From Dipteris shenzhenensis (Eukaryota): 64,000 nt of DNA. Below are positions 1 to 12,744 of this stretch, piece after piece. The number at the start of each line of letters is the position of its first letter. Positions within the stretch are counted from its first letter, which is position 1. The stretch is from the NCBI GenBank assembly GCA_047967505.1, contig CM106538.1, one strand, 5' to 3'. The notes beneath the pieces were generated by a model. That model worked only from the letters and a program-made list of their open reading frames with translations. It had not been told where the DNA came from and made no database searches. The position numbers and the translations under genes were made by a program.

Positions 1-584
1 TCTTTTGACTACCCAAAAAAAAAGAGAGACCCTCATCTAAATAATTTCATATGCTTTTAATAAAGGTGGTGTCATACGAGCTAAACGACAAAACAATGCA
101 CTACCTCTCACGTAAGGCCAAAAACTTAATCCACACAAAGTGACAAAGTCGTTTAGGATCCTCACAAAGAGGCAAAAAACCTAAACCTTAAAATCATTAG
201 AATGGCCAAAACTACCACTAATCCTAACACTAAACACCCATTAACATGGTCAAGTTGACCAAATGAACTACATGCTAAACTAAGCCAAATTAACATTCTC
301 TACTCAGCACCATCCCTTAGGAGCCTTGCAAAGACAAAAACAAGGCATCACATGATGTGCTCGTTGGACAGCGCTGCCTTTTTAACTTTTATGCCAATAT
401 GATGTTAAAATCCCCCAATCTGAGATCTTGACTAAGCTAATTACTGGTTGGAAATAGTCTTTTAAAGGTGTTCATTGGGAAGGACGTTCTATGTTGCAAG
501 GTGATGCCTGCCTTTGCAAGTCATGATGGCCTTCAGAGGAATGTTTAAGCCTCTTGTGGTGGTAGGTAGAAAATTTCTTCATTT

Positions 585-691
585 TATATATATACATATA
601 CAATAGATACATACGTACATATGTACATACGTACATACATACATATATATATGTATATAAGGGGGGGGGGAGAGAGAGAGAGAGAGAGAGA
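585..691. repeat. Compound microsatellite (TA/TACA)n followed by G10(AG)n
   Basis: Directly visible simple repeats. Confidence 0.9.
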
Positions 692-792
692 GTTAATGGA
701 AGGGATGAGCATCCAAAATTGATTTGTAGGTTTGAAAAGTGATTGGGAGGACACTTTTTTGAAAAGGTGTTAATAGAGTGTTGCCTCATACG

Positions 793-1315
793 CTAACAAA
801 CTAGGGCAATTGCTACTTCTACTCTTCTTTAAATTAAAGGCCATAGTGGTTTTGCCACCTTGTTTCTCCCACAAAACAAGGACCTCTCAAGACCATTGAC
901 CTTAAGAGCTCAATACACGAATGTCGTAAGATGTGAAGACCTTGGGACTTATAATACTAGACATATGAAGACTAATTCAATTGGTTGAGAAGTTGCCACT
1001 AAGTTTGTTAGGAAGTCTTTTTTTCTTAATTTAGAGGGCATTCCCGTGTGAAGTGAGAACTTGTTGCATGGACATAAACACATTTCGTTTGGTAGAGCTT
1101 TGGCAAGGTCGATTGGGTGAGAGATTTGCGCTCCTATTTACACGCTTATTCTCATGGATTTCTCTGATGTCAGTGGCCCGTGGGAGGTCCTGGAAATATG
1201 GCATTTTCTACGAATACTGGCAATTTTAGATCACCGAAACATGCAAACCGTGTTTTTGGGAACGCACTTGAAATTTATCTGTTGTTGCGATAGAAACAAA
1301 AGTTTGTTAGGAAGT
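793..1315 (+). promoter_or_regulatory. Three copies of AGTTTGTTAG (R2R3-MYB type II-like site GKTWGTTR) upstream of C4H
   Basis: CTAACAAACT at 793-802 (reverse orientation); AAGTTTGTTAGGAAGT at 1001-1016 and 1300-1315; function inferred. Confidence 0.45.
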
Positions 1316-1486
1316 TCATATTTTAAAGTGGGAGTCTAGAGGGTTGAGTGAGTCCAATTCCTTTTGAGGGCATGTGCCATCGATGAGAAGAAATGAACAA
1401 GTCAAAAGCCGATGTAGGGCGGATGACCCTTCAACGATAATAATGGAAATAGAGTCCAAAACTCTCACGGTTGTAAGTGCCATAAA

Positions 1487-1494
1487 TATAAATA
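1487..1494 (+). promoter_or_regulatory. TATA box of C4H
   Basis: TATAAATA about 115 bp upstream of ATG 1606, followed by a pyrimidine-rich leader. Confidence 0.65.
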
Positions 1495-1605
1495 CCCCAT
1501 AGATTCTTTCCCTCACTCACCACCCTCTCTTCGTCCCTTGGTAAGTACTTACCACTTTTATCAAGCACCTTGCATTCGATACACACCATCTCTGCTGCCC
1601 CCTCC

Positions 1606-2399
1606 ATGGATTTCCTCCCCGCCCTCTCCCTCGAATCTTCCCTCCTCTCCCTCCTCGCCATCCTTGCCCTTTCCCTCCTCGCCTCCAAACTCTCTTCCCG
1701 TAAGCTTAAGCTCCCCCCCGGCCCCCTTTCCCTCCCCATCTTTGGCAATTGGCTCCAGGTCGGCGACGACCTCAACCACCGTAACCTCGCTGAACTCTCC
1801 CAGAAGTATGGTGACCTCTTCCTCCTCCGCATGGGCCAGCGCAACCTCGTCGTTGTCTCCTCTCCTGAACTCGCCAAGGAGGTCCTCCACACCCAGGGCG
1901 TCGAGTTCGGATCTCGCACCCGGAATGTCGTCTTTGATATCTTCACCGGCAAGGGGCAGGACATGGTCTTTACCGTTTATGGTGATCACTGGAGGCGCAT
2001 GAGGAGAATCATGACCGTCCCCTTCTTCACCAACAAGGTGGTGCAACAATATAGAGTTGGCTGGGAAGCAGAGATCGACAAAGTCATCGAGGATGTGAAA
2101 GCCAACAAGGACTCGGCTTCCACGGGAATCGTCCTTCGGCACAGGCTGCAATTGCTCATGTACAACAACATGTACCGGATGCTCTTTGACAGGAGATTCG
2201 AGAGCGTAAACGACCCTCTTTTCCTCAAGCTCAGGGCTCTCAACAACGAGCGCAGTCGTCTGGCACAGAGTTTCGAGTACAACTATGGTGACTTTATCCC
2301 GGTCCTCAGGCCATTTCTGAAGAATTACCTTAAGCGTTGTCAAGAAGTCAAGGACAAACGATTGCAACTCTTCAAGGACGCCTTCCTAGACGAGCACAA
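1606..2399 (+). CDS. C4H: C4H exon 1
   Basis: ATG 1606 (MDFLPALS...) to donor AA|GTAAGA at 2400. Confidence 0.95.
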
Positions 2400-3326
2400 G
2401 TAAGAAACATATCGTGTTTGACTGCATACTTGCACCGCTTCTTAATACTAAAGAAGCTATCGTCTGTCCAAAGAGCTAACCTGATTTGGGTCTGTCACAG
2501 AAAGCTGCTCAACCACAAGAGGAGCAAGAATAATGAAGAAAAGTGCGCTATCGACCACATCCTGGAAGCAGAGGCAAAAGGAGAGATCAACGAAGATAAC
2601 GTCCTATACATCATCGAAAACATCAACGTGGCTGGTATTTGCTTCCCTCTAAGCCAAATTGATTTTTGTCTGAAGAATGATTCGTTCTGGATGGAACATG
2701 TGCTGATCCTGTGGTTTTGGTATTCTACAGCCATCGAGACCACGCTCTGGTCTATCGAGTGGGGTATCGCGGAGCTAGTCAACAATCCTGACGTACAACA
2801 GAAACTGAGGCAAGAGCTGGACACAGTCCTTGGTCGTGGAGTGCTAGTGACAGAACCAGAGACCACCAAGTTGCCTTATCTACAGGCTGTTGTCAAGGAA
2901 ACAATGCGTTACCACATGGCCATTCCATTGTTGGTGCCTCACATGAACCTTAACCAGGCTAAGCTTGCTGGGTATGATATTCCTGCAGAGAGCAAGATTT
3001 TGGTGAATGCCTGGTGGCTTGCTAACAACCCCAAGCTGTGGAAGGATCCGGATGTGTTCAGGCCAGAGAGGTTTTTGGACGAGGATAAGAATATTGAGGC
3101 TAATGGTAACGATTTCAGGTTTGTGCCTTTTGGAGTGGGGAGGAGGAGCTGCCCAGGCATAATTCTGGCCATGCCAATTCTCTCTCTCGTGCTGGGCAGG
3201 ATGGTGCAGACATTCGAGCTGTTGCCACCTCCTGGAAAAGACAAAGTGGATGTTGCAGAGAAGGGTGGGCAATTCAGTCTCCATATCAAGAACCATTCCC
3301 TAATTGTGATGAAGCCTCTCGAGTGA
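1606..3326 (+). CDS. C4H: Trans-cinnamate 4-monooxygenase (CYP73A), join(1606..2399,2501..2634,2731..3326), 507 aa
   Basis: Membrane anchor + KLPPGP hinge, [35 protein letters not shown]-helix, ExxR, PERF, heme motif [10 protein letters not shown]; two GT-AG introns at the conserved CYP73A positions with a 134-nt middle exon. Confidence 0.97.
2501..2634 (+). CDS. C4H: C4H exon 2
   Basis: Acceptor TGTCACAG at 2500; KLLNHK...ENINVA; donor G|GTATTT at 2635. Confidence 0.93.
2731..3326 (+). CDS. C4H: C4H exon 3
   Basis: Acceptor TTCTACAG at 2730; AIETTLW...MKPLE, TGA ending 3326. Confidence 0.95.
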
Positions 3327-4093
3327 GTACTTAACTGCGAGCCTTAAATAACATGTGGGTTTTTGCTAAATTATTACAAAGCTCTGGTGAAGATGAAATC
3401 TGGGCACCACTCCGGTACTGACTAGTGCCTGATTGTAATAATGGATAAAAAAGGTTCCCTCCAAGGTGCCCCGTGCCTCTGAGTGCCCAATGTATCCTTT
3501 CCTACTTAAATTTGCATTTTGTCCTCTCGATATAGTACTTATGTCTGATGGGGAAGATCCCAAACTGGCCCAGGGCCTTTGAACCAACAAAAAACGACAT
3601 TAATGCCGTCAAGTTTCTTCTCTGAGTGTATAATGTATTGAAAATTAGATAGTTGTGGGGGTTACATACAATGCAAGATAGTAATGTTAATAATGTCACT
3701 TATTTGTGATGTTAAGGTTTGGTGTTTTGTTGAGTACGGTGATCTACAGACATTTGCAAAATAGTGCATCTATGTGTCCGGACTCCTGAAAGAAAAACAA
3801 ACATAGGGGCGAGGCTGATTAGAGAAACGGAGAAAACTCGTGAAACTTCTGCAGTAGGCAATTTTTGCCGATATACAAAAAGTAGGAAACCTGATTTCCA
3901 GTTGTAAAAATTCTGCCCAAGGCAGCAGATTTTTAAAAAAGTTCTGACGGCAGTGCCTTTAAATGTGGAGAGTACACACCTCTTGTCTTTCCATTTTGCA
4001 ACCTAAGGTATCTCGCAGCATTCCTTTGCCTTTATTATTACTGTTTCCTTTAAAAAAGAGTCATTGCCAAAATGTTCAATATTTTAGATAATA

Positions 4094-4203
4094 CGTGAAA
4101 CTTTCTATAGTATATACCCAGCATATACATCTATGCATTTATATTGCTCGTGAAACTTTTTATAGTATATACCCAGCATATACATCTATGCATTTATATT
4201 GCT
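4094..4203. repeat. 55-bp tandem duplication (2 copies)
   Basis: CGTGAAACTTT(C/T)TATAG...TATTGCT at 4094-4148 and 4149-4203. Confidence 0.9.
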
Positions 4204-4925
4204 TGCATTACTTGATCCGTACAGCTTCGCATTGCCCATGCAATAAGGTTGCCAAAAATCAACATTTTTTTGGTGATGCCTAAACTCAAGACCACCTTGA
4301 CATGCAAGAATTTCCATTGGTCCCTATCATAGGCAATCTTTGACATCAAGTTTGCTATAACTGCATCGACACCAACAAAGTTGCTATTATACACAAATTA
4401 TGATGCTAACCTTGACCAAGTTTGGAAGTTTGAATTTAACTCTTAACCTTAACAATGAATTAAAGGGCCTTCAATCTCTAAGCCAAGTCTTTTTTGGATT
4501 TTAGGAATAATGTTAATGAATCTCTTGGTCTAAAAGGGCAAGTCGCCCCTTGCTAGGCACCATTGGTTGTAGCCAATCTATCCTCCTTAATTTAATCCCA
4601 AAAGTAAAAGCTTCAAGAGGGAGCCATCGTTCTTCTTGATGTTTAGAGTGGCATCAAAATTCATCAAGATTTGGGCATCCCATTGACACTTGTCTTACAA
4701 CTAACACCTTAGCGACTACACATAGCTCAAAAGGAATGAATCGCGATTCACAGCTTGATCCATGTTTTTGTTTACAAAGTGGGAGGAGTTAATTGCTAGC
4801 CATCTACTATCGAACAAATCCTAGTAACCCTAGGCTCCCCTTCTCAAACTTAGTAAATTCTTCATTGGTCCCCTGTAGCAATTAGAACCTAATGGCATCT
4901 TTTAGGATGTCCTTCGGTCCTCACA

Positions 4926-5763
4926 TCACATTTTGCTTTTTATGTGACAACTTGTTGGTTTCCTTAGCTGAGAAATATCTGGTTTCCTACCTGTATACAT
5001 CTCCTCTAGCGTCATGCCATGTATTGCTACAATGGGAGTCCTGTTCATTATGTAAACTACTGTAGCAACTGCTTCAGCCCAATAATAATCTGGTAGGTCT
5101 TTTTCATTTAGCATGGCCCGAGATACCTCTCCAATATGCCTGTTTTTCCTTTCTGCAAGTCCATTTTGCTGTGGAGTATGACTGCATGAATATTGCTGCT
5201 TTATGCCATGCTCTTGTAAGAACCTTGCAAACTCATTTGAGAGGTACTCTCCCCCTCCATCTGACCTTAGGCATTTTATTTGCAGGCCTGTTTCTTTTTC
5301 AACCATAGCTTTGAAAGCTTTGAAATGCCCAAACACTTCACTTTTCTTTTTCATAAAATACACCCAAACTTTTCTGTTGTAGTCATCAATCAAAGTGACA
5401 AAATAATGACAGCCTCCAATAAATGTAGCTTTAGTAGTCCACACATCAGAGTGGACTAATTCCAATGGCTTCTTACTCTCTTGAACATGTCTAGGAAATG
5501 GTTTCCTTGCCTGTTTTCCAAATTGATAGGCTTCACATACCTTATGCATTTCTGCAACCTTGAATTGACCAAACATCACGAATATACTTGACTTTGCCAT
5601 TATCAAGCTTAATGGGAATATGTCCCACTCCTGTAATGTCTTGAGAAGCATCATTGGCACAAGTAACCTGCTGCCCATACACAAGTTTGATGCTCTCAAA
5701 CCACTCCTTATGAGGAGTCATATGATGTGAAGCACCGCTATCCAAATACCAATTCTCATTCAC
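4926..5763 (-). mobile_element. Ty1/copia protease-integrase remnant (frameshifted, truncated)
   Basis: WYLDSGASHHMT; LELVHSDVW, YFVTLIDDY, LRSDGGGEY, TPQQNGLAERKNR; no LTRs recognised. Confidence 0.9.
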
Positions 5764-6719
5764 ATTAAGTGAATAGGGATCATCATTATTGTTATGAGCA
5801 ATAGCATGATCACAATCACAATCCCCCCTAGAAGTTATCTCAGAGAGTGTGTCTATGTTATGTTGATATATTTGATAACATTACATACTCCTTATACCAT
5901 TCATTTGGGACCTACAAGTGTTCTTCCTTGTATTCATGACATTTTGGTGCCATCATTAAGCTTTTTTGACCAGTAAAGAAGATATTAATGTTAAGTAGCT
6001 TGTCACCAATAAAGTAGTCTTATTTTCTTGAGCAACAAAAGAGTAATAAAGCGATTGGTCAAGAGTAATAGTATGAGTATCGACTTGTGTCTATTGAGAT
6101 TTTTACCAGCCGTTGCACTTAGAGCTCAGTGTTTGAAGTAGTGTGTTACGCGAGATTGGTCTCCATTGCACTAGTACCTCCAAGGAGCTCATTGTGCTCT
6201 TCAACAGTGTCAAGAAGATCCAAGTAGAATCTCTTTCCAACAATTATAATGTTCAAGTGTGCATACTCTAACAAGATCTTGCTTTTGAACAAACTATGTA
6301 CTTGCAATCGTTTTTGTCAACGGCTATTTCGTCTCACACAATGCCTTCCAACTGTTTCCAATCAACCCCTTCTTAGTATGGACTACACTACCAGGAACAA
6401 TATTAGTGTGCTTGATGGATAAGTATTCACGCTCACTATCTGAATTTCTCAATACTATGAAGTTTTGACACAAACTAGATTAACTTTTTTATAATGCTAG
6501 ACCTTTGTTTGAGGAAGTCACATCGGAAACGATTAACGGCACCAAGAGGTGACTAGAAGACAACTTTAACAGTGTCTGGTGCAGTTAAGGGAGATACAAT
6601 TGACAAGTTTATCCGCCTTTTTCAGCTATTCTCTAAAGACAAACCACAACTTAGGCAAGTTTATGAAATAAATGCACGTGACGTGTGTGTGTGGGTGGGT
6701 GGGGGGGTGGGGCGGGGGG

Positions 6720-8810
6720 GTCCAACAACGTGAGCCAATCTGAATGATACAGGAATCAAGAAGGAGGTAGTTGTAAGTGAGAAAGGTATCAAAGCGATAG
6801 AGTGTTTTAACATTTTCTCTTTTAGTGAGGTAGAGGCAGTTGTTCTTAAGGAAGAAGCCCTTGAAACCTACTTTAGTAGCAAGTTTGCAAAAGCAAGAGA
6901 GCAATTCCATGAGACGGAAGGTGCCGTGGTGGGGGATAGCCTCATAGCAGTTTGCTCTGTCGGTGGAATAAAGGGAGTGGATCTATTGAGGTAGGTTGAC
7001 AAGGATTGTAAATTTGAATCGATGCCCCACCTCATATAGTGTTCATGTTGAGGAAGGTTTTCTAGGTGGCACGGAGTTTATATCCCTAAATGGAGATAAC
7101 ATTTTTTAGTTCTTTGAGTCTTGAAGCAAAGAGGTCAATTGGAATTGGAGAGGAGAAGTTACACTTTTGAGCATTGGTAAGCCAATGAAAACTGTGTTTG
7201 TGTGCCTTATGAGTGCACATGAGATAGGGAAGATTGTTGGAACTATGAGCAAGATTAAGGGAATAAAGTGTGTTTGAAATGGATCTTAGTTTAACGAATG
7301 GGGGGTCAGTTAGTTTCAAAATTTTGAGTGATTTTATTCCCAAGGTGAGCTTTTTTATAAAATATTTGCAAAGGTTTGGGAAGATTTGTCGAACCCAATG
7401 ACAAACTCATGGTTTAAAAGCTAGTTTACTTCATCGAGAAGAGTTTTTTTTTCTAGAATGGATTTTTGGACTTTAAGGTCGGGGAAAAGTAAGAGAAGTC
7501 TTTTGCCAAAAAAGTTGGGAGAGTTGTGATTCGTATGAGGTATGATTCAAATTGAGAGTAAGACAAACATCTTGGAAAGCAAGAGTAAGTGATTGAAGTG
7601 CAGCCTTGAGGATCTAAGGGGGTGATAGGAATGTGATTAAGGCCGAAGTGTATGTGAGAAAGGAGAAAAGGATGATGAAAGAAATTAGGGTCAGAGGTGC
7701 AGACATGAAGTTGATCATCAAACACCTTGAGAAAAGGTTTAAATATCTAAAATGAGGTACAATGACAAGTGGAGGTAAAGGATTTGGCTAAGTAACATAA
7801 GTTTGGGCTTATAGGGCAAGGATCTAAGAGCTGGAGTGTACTTCCAACGGAAGGAGAAAGAGTCAAAAATGTGCATAGTGACAGAATCAATGCTAAAGTG
7901 TAAAAGAAGTGTATCTGTGAAAAAACATTTAAGGGGAATTTTGGTTTGAAAATTTTCTTGAATAGAGAACATTAAAGCACTTCAAACTTTTTCCCTTTGG
8001 AGCAGACTGAAAATGAAAAAAACCATTATTGAGCACTTTGGTGGTACATACCTCGAGCGTGTCTAAAGTGGTAATCTACAAAACCAAGAAATCGAATAGG
8101 ATCAATGTTTGTCCCAGTCGATGGAAAAGTGTGAGGTTTCATCATTCTCTTGTGCTTTTCTTTCAAGGAGCTGAGGTGGCTGAAGACTCAGGTTGAGAAT
8201 CTTTTACATGAGAGGTAAGAGAGGGATTACTGAGTGGGGTCGAAGGGACAGTTTCTGGAATTTGAGGGAATATTTTGGGGCAAAGCTATGTCTTCTTTTG
8301 GGTGGAGGGGGGTTAAGCTTAGAAGTAGAGGAAAGGGAGAGAATGCTGAGGGACAAAGAGGGTCTCGGGAGGTTCATAAAGGAGCAAGGGAGGGAGTACT
8401 CTTGAATAGAGGGGGAGAGGGATTTAGTTGTTTCAAGAAGCAAGATCCTGAAGTGGTAAAAGGTGACAAGGGAGAAAGTGACAGTAAAAGGTGACGAGAA
8501 AGTGACCTCTTTGGGCAACTATGGCATCCAGTTTACAAAAGAAAAAAAACTTGCTTGTAGGGAACCAATGGGGAAAAAATGTGAAGGTGCTTGAGCATGT
8601 ACCAGAGATGGCGTGATCAAGCTAGAGGATGGAAGACTTACAGGACATGTTTGTCTTTTTTATGAGGCAAGTACACTTTATGTAGGGCTTGGAGGCGTTC
8701 CAACAATTCTTGACATAATAATTGTCATCTTTGTTTGAAGAGCTAACATCATTATGATTGGCACCTTTTGAGCGAAATAATATTTCTTTAGTAAATGGAG
8801 TTGTCAATAG
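6720..8810 (-). mobile_element. Degenerate Penelope-like retroelement (RT plus possible N-terminal GIY-YIG); boundaries approximate
   Basis: Colinear minus-strand motifs: YVKNCWNASKPYIKCT, HFGLNHIP, FVIGFDKSSQ, PYLMCTHKAHKHSFHWLTNA, LYSTDRANCYEAIPH, LLLDSCIIQIGSRCW; stops and frameshifts present. Confidence 0.6.
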
Positions 8811-11800
8811 AATGTATTAAAAAATGGGTGTTGAAGAAGTAGTTTGAGTTAAGATGTTAACGGCCCTAATAGGCATCTTCCTTGCTTAAATCAACCTCCT
8901 TAGATGATAGGTTGCAAATGAAAGCAAGAGATTGTATGGAGAAAGGTGCTAGCACACAAGAAGTGAAATTTTTGAGTTATATGCTATCAATAGGTTTAGG
9001 AGGCTGTGAGAGAGACTGGGAGAGGGTTTCAAAGGAGGCTTTATCTTCAAGAGGGGATAGGAGATCAAGGTTGATGAAACTGTGAAAGTTACTGTTGGAA
9101 GGGGCTAGGCCAACAAGGATAGGGAGGGAAAAAGCACCCTTCATAATAAGGATGTCATTTGCAAGGTTGGGAATGATAGTGTGATACCCATTTAAAGTAT
9201 TGATATTATTGAGATCTATGGCAACAAGGTTGGAGACAACTCTTTGAAGTAGCAAGGGCACCATCACTTGTGCTATGAAAGAATTTAGGAGTTTAATGTA
9301 GTCGTTGAGAGAGAGACATTTGATAAGTAATGGAGAACTTTTAGCAAGAGCTTCAAGGTCATGAGTTCTAATAAAGTCAAAGAACTCAGGTTGCTGATAA
9401 CAAGAAAGTACTGCTTGGGAGGTAGGAGAGTGAGTCGAGAGCAGGCTATTGAGAGATTTAGATTGTAGTGTGACATCCCGGGAATATTTCTTAAAGGATA
9501 AGAAAAGGATTAGAAAACATTTATTTATAAAGGAAAAAGTTAAGGAAAAATCTTATGAAAGGAGTCAAGAAGCCAAGAGGCCTTAATGACTTAATTGTAC
9601 TATGTGCAACAGTCCAAAGTTGCAAGGGAAAGGGCAAATGTGTGGAAGATTTGACAACACTTGCATAGAGAAATGACAAAAGAGTGAACACAATAGAATA
9701 AAAACAGAAACTGATTGCATTAAAGGAAAAGTTTGAACAAGTAGGTGAACCCTTACTAATATGAAAAAGTTAACAAGAGGTAGGCAATATTGTCAAAATG
9801 ATTTTGCATAAATTACAAAATTTTGAGCTTGGGTAAGTCCTAGCAAGCATCACTTTTATTGAAGAGGAGAGTCTACATAATTTCCACCATCTAATAAGAA
9901 AAACATGGTGAGAACTCACTTAAACCTTAGTTGGCAAGACATGTGTCATAAACACCCCTCCCTTGTTACATGGGTCACAATAAAAATTAACATGTAACCA
10001 CAAACCTACCAAGCTTGATTTAAACTTAAGAGTGTCTAGTAGATTGTAGTAAGCATAAGTGAATTTTTGACCTTTTGAGATTATAAAGGGTGAATTTGTA
10101 ACTTTGTAGAAGGAAAGCGTGAGTAAAACTCCATGAAGAAGGGTATATGATTTTGATAAGTGAGTGACTGAGGGTTACATATCATATGGAAGAAGGAGGG
10201 GAATTTTTTTAATGGAATATTTAAAATAAACATATTCACGAAATTGTATATTAAGACCATGAAGGGAGTGGATGGTGGAAAATTAATAATTAGAGTAATT
10301 AGAGCTAACAATTTACAAAAGGATAGAAGGAGAGATATTTGATTGAGATAAAGAAATATTAAACAAAGATCAATTGAGAGGGGAGGAGGAAATAGTGTTT
10401 AGTGAAAGAATCATTAGAGAAAGAGGGGGAAGGGGGAATAGTTATTGTAGATGCATTAGTGAGTAACATTAGTGAAATGGGGTTTTAGAAGGGGTCATAA
10501 AATAATATAACATAAGGTATATAGAGTAATATGACATAAAAAGAGGAAGCGTTAAAGAAGGGGTGGAGGGGGTTAGCTATTTTAGATAGATTAACAAGTA
10601 GAGTTGAAGAGAGGGGTAAAAAGAAAGAGTTTTAAGAGGAAAGTAATTAGATAAGAAGTGGAAGGGGGAATAGTTTTTGTAGGCCAGTGAGTAACATTAG
10701 TGAAGGGGGGTTTTTTGAAGGGGTCGTACCATATGAGGTATATAAAATGAAATAAAATAAGCACTAAAGGGGTCCATGAGGGGGGAGAGAGAGAGAGAGA
10801 GAGAGAGAGGCATACACCTTGGAAATAACACCATGAGGATCTACAACTAGACTGTTTGGTAGAAACTATTTTGACACATGTTACTAGTCCCCTTATTGAC
10901 CTTGTTCAGTATTTGTTTTACACACACGCGCACACACACACACACATGCATGCATGCGCGCATGCACGAATGCACGCACGCATGCACACACACACTTTCT
11001 ATCCTTTCCTCGTTTTCTTCTTTGATATCCTTCTTTCTCCACCTCTTTTTTCAAAACAACCACCATCACCCAACCCCTTCTCCCCTCCTCATCCCCCCAG
11101 CCCCAACCCCTCCCATCACCTTTTATCTTTCCTTTCCCCCCCATTTCTCCCTATCTTTCCCCTATTTTTTCCAAATTTTCTCCTAATTCCCCCCAAATTT
11201 TCTTTACTTTTTCTTACTTTTCTAATTTTCTTACCCTATTTTCTCTAACTTTGCCCCCTTATTTTTCCTAATTTTTCTCTATGTTTCTCTTTTTGTTCCC
11301 CAAAAATTTCCCTGTATTTTTTCTCTCTCTCTCTCTCTCTCTCTCTTTGAAAAGAAACAAATAAATTTTCTTTATTGATAATGTGTTTTGTAATATTACA
11401 TGATTGATCGCGACATATCACTAGAAACTACCAACATTCACTGAAGCGAAAAGAGAAGAAAAAATAAAGCAACTGGAGATCATAAGCCATTGTTAGGCTA
11501 AGGGTCTATTGGTTTAGCTTTGAAGTCTTTCATCAACGCCACACGAACTTAATAGACAACCCATTTGCCTTTTTTCTTGGCTTCCTTTGCTTTTGCAAGC
11601 TTTGAGGTTTTGTTCTTTAGATGAGTTTCTATGAGCTCCTCTACTTTTCATACTTGTAATCCTTTTAACTTGTTGGATTGTCTAGGACACTTTGTTCTTT
11701 TAACTCTTGACCTGAAAGTAAGAATTCCATGCCCTCCCTCCTTATTCATCCCTTCTAGGCTCATATGATCTCTCTCCCCCCTTCTAAATCCAAACTTGAT

Positions 11801-12744
11801 TTTGCCTTATCTTACAATGCATTGACTTGTTTTCAATGATAAAGCCTTTTGTATTAAGTTTTTGCAATTTTCTTTGTATTTGTTTAAGTAGTATACCCAT
11901 TTGTCAACCTTTGTGTTCTTATTTTCTAGTAAATCACACAATGTCCATGTGTCATTCTAGTATAATGCTTCCATTTCTTAACCATATAGCTTTCCATTCT
12001 CACATGCATGATTTTGGTCATTAATGCATAATTTGTCAATTCAACTTGCTTCCCTTCTTGTTCCAGCATTCAACCCTTATGATTGTTTTCTTTCTCTTCT
12101 AGTACTTTGGTTAGAATTGTGAGGAACAAGTTTATTACTTGAATGCAATAATCATCCCCTGAAGAATAAGCAGGTGGAGAATCATTTAGGGAGTACACAA
12201 ATTCGTAGATCAACCTTTAAAAAATTCATAGCTTGGGGAAGGGGAATGCAAGGCTTGCACATGTACAAAAGAGATCAAGGTGTTTTAGGAATCCATGTCT
12301 AATTGTGCCTATTGGACATATGGCTATATCATGGATGGAAAGCTATTTTTCTTTGAATGCAGAATCAATGCCCACGACAGGAAAACTACACTTGATGGAT
12401 AATTAACAAGATTTGAGGTTTTCACACTCTACAAGGAGGAAATGTCAGAGAGATGAATGGTTTGCTAGCTATATTCATTTCAGTAGATTGTGGAAGAGAT
12501 TCTTAATGTGAAAATCCCCAAAAAAGTGAGAATGGGGGTATGTAGGATATGTGCAAACCCCAAGAGTCAATGACAAAGGGAAACAACCTCATGTGAATGA
12601 GGTACCAGGGTATTTTATGTGCACACTTTGATTCTCTAAAAGATTTTAGGTCTGTGTAATAATATTTGTGTGTTTTGACATGCAAATCAAATCAATATTG
12701 CTATTACACATCATAGAGAGCAAGAGGCCCAAGAATGATCAAAG

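Noticed and set aside
1539-1565. TG|GTAAGT donor-like site in the C4H leader
   Set aside because: Only a nearby AG (1564-1565) precedes the ATG, giving an implausible ~25-nt intron
1570-1605. ORF-track start at TTG 1570
   Set aside because: Eukaryotic gene; ATG 1606 gives the expected CYP73A N-terminus
1431-3296. Overlapping antisense and alternate-frame ORFs (177, 268, 154, 138 aa)
   Set aside because: Shadows of the GC3-rich C4H coding sequence with no recognisable motifs
10780-11350. ORFs of 83-130 aa
   Set aside because: Products of CA/GA microsatellites and pyrimidine-rich low complexity
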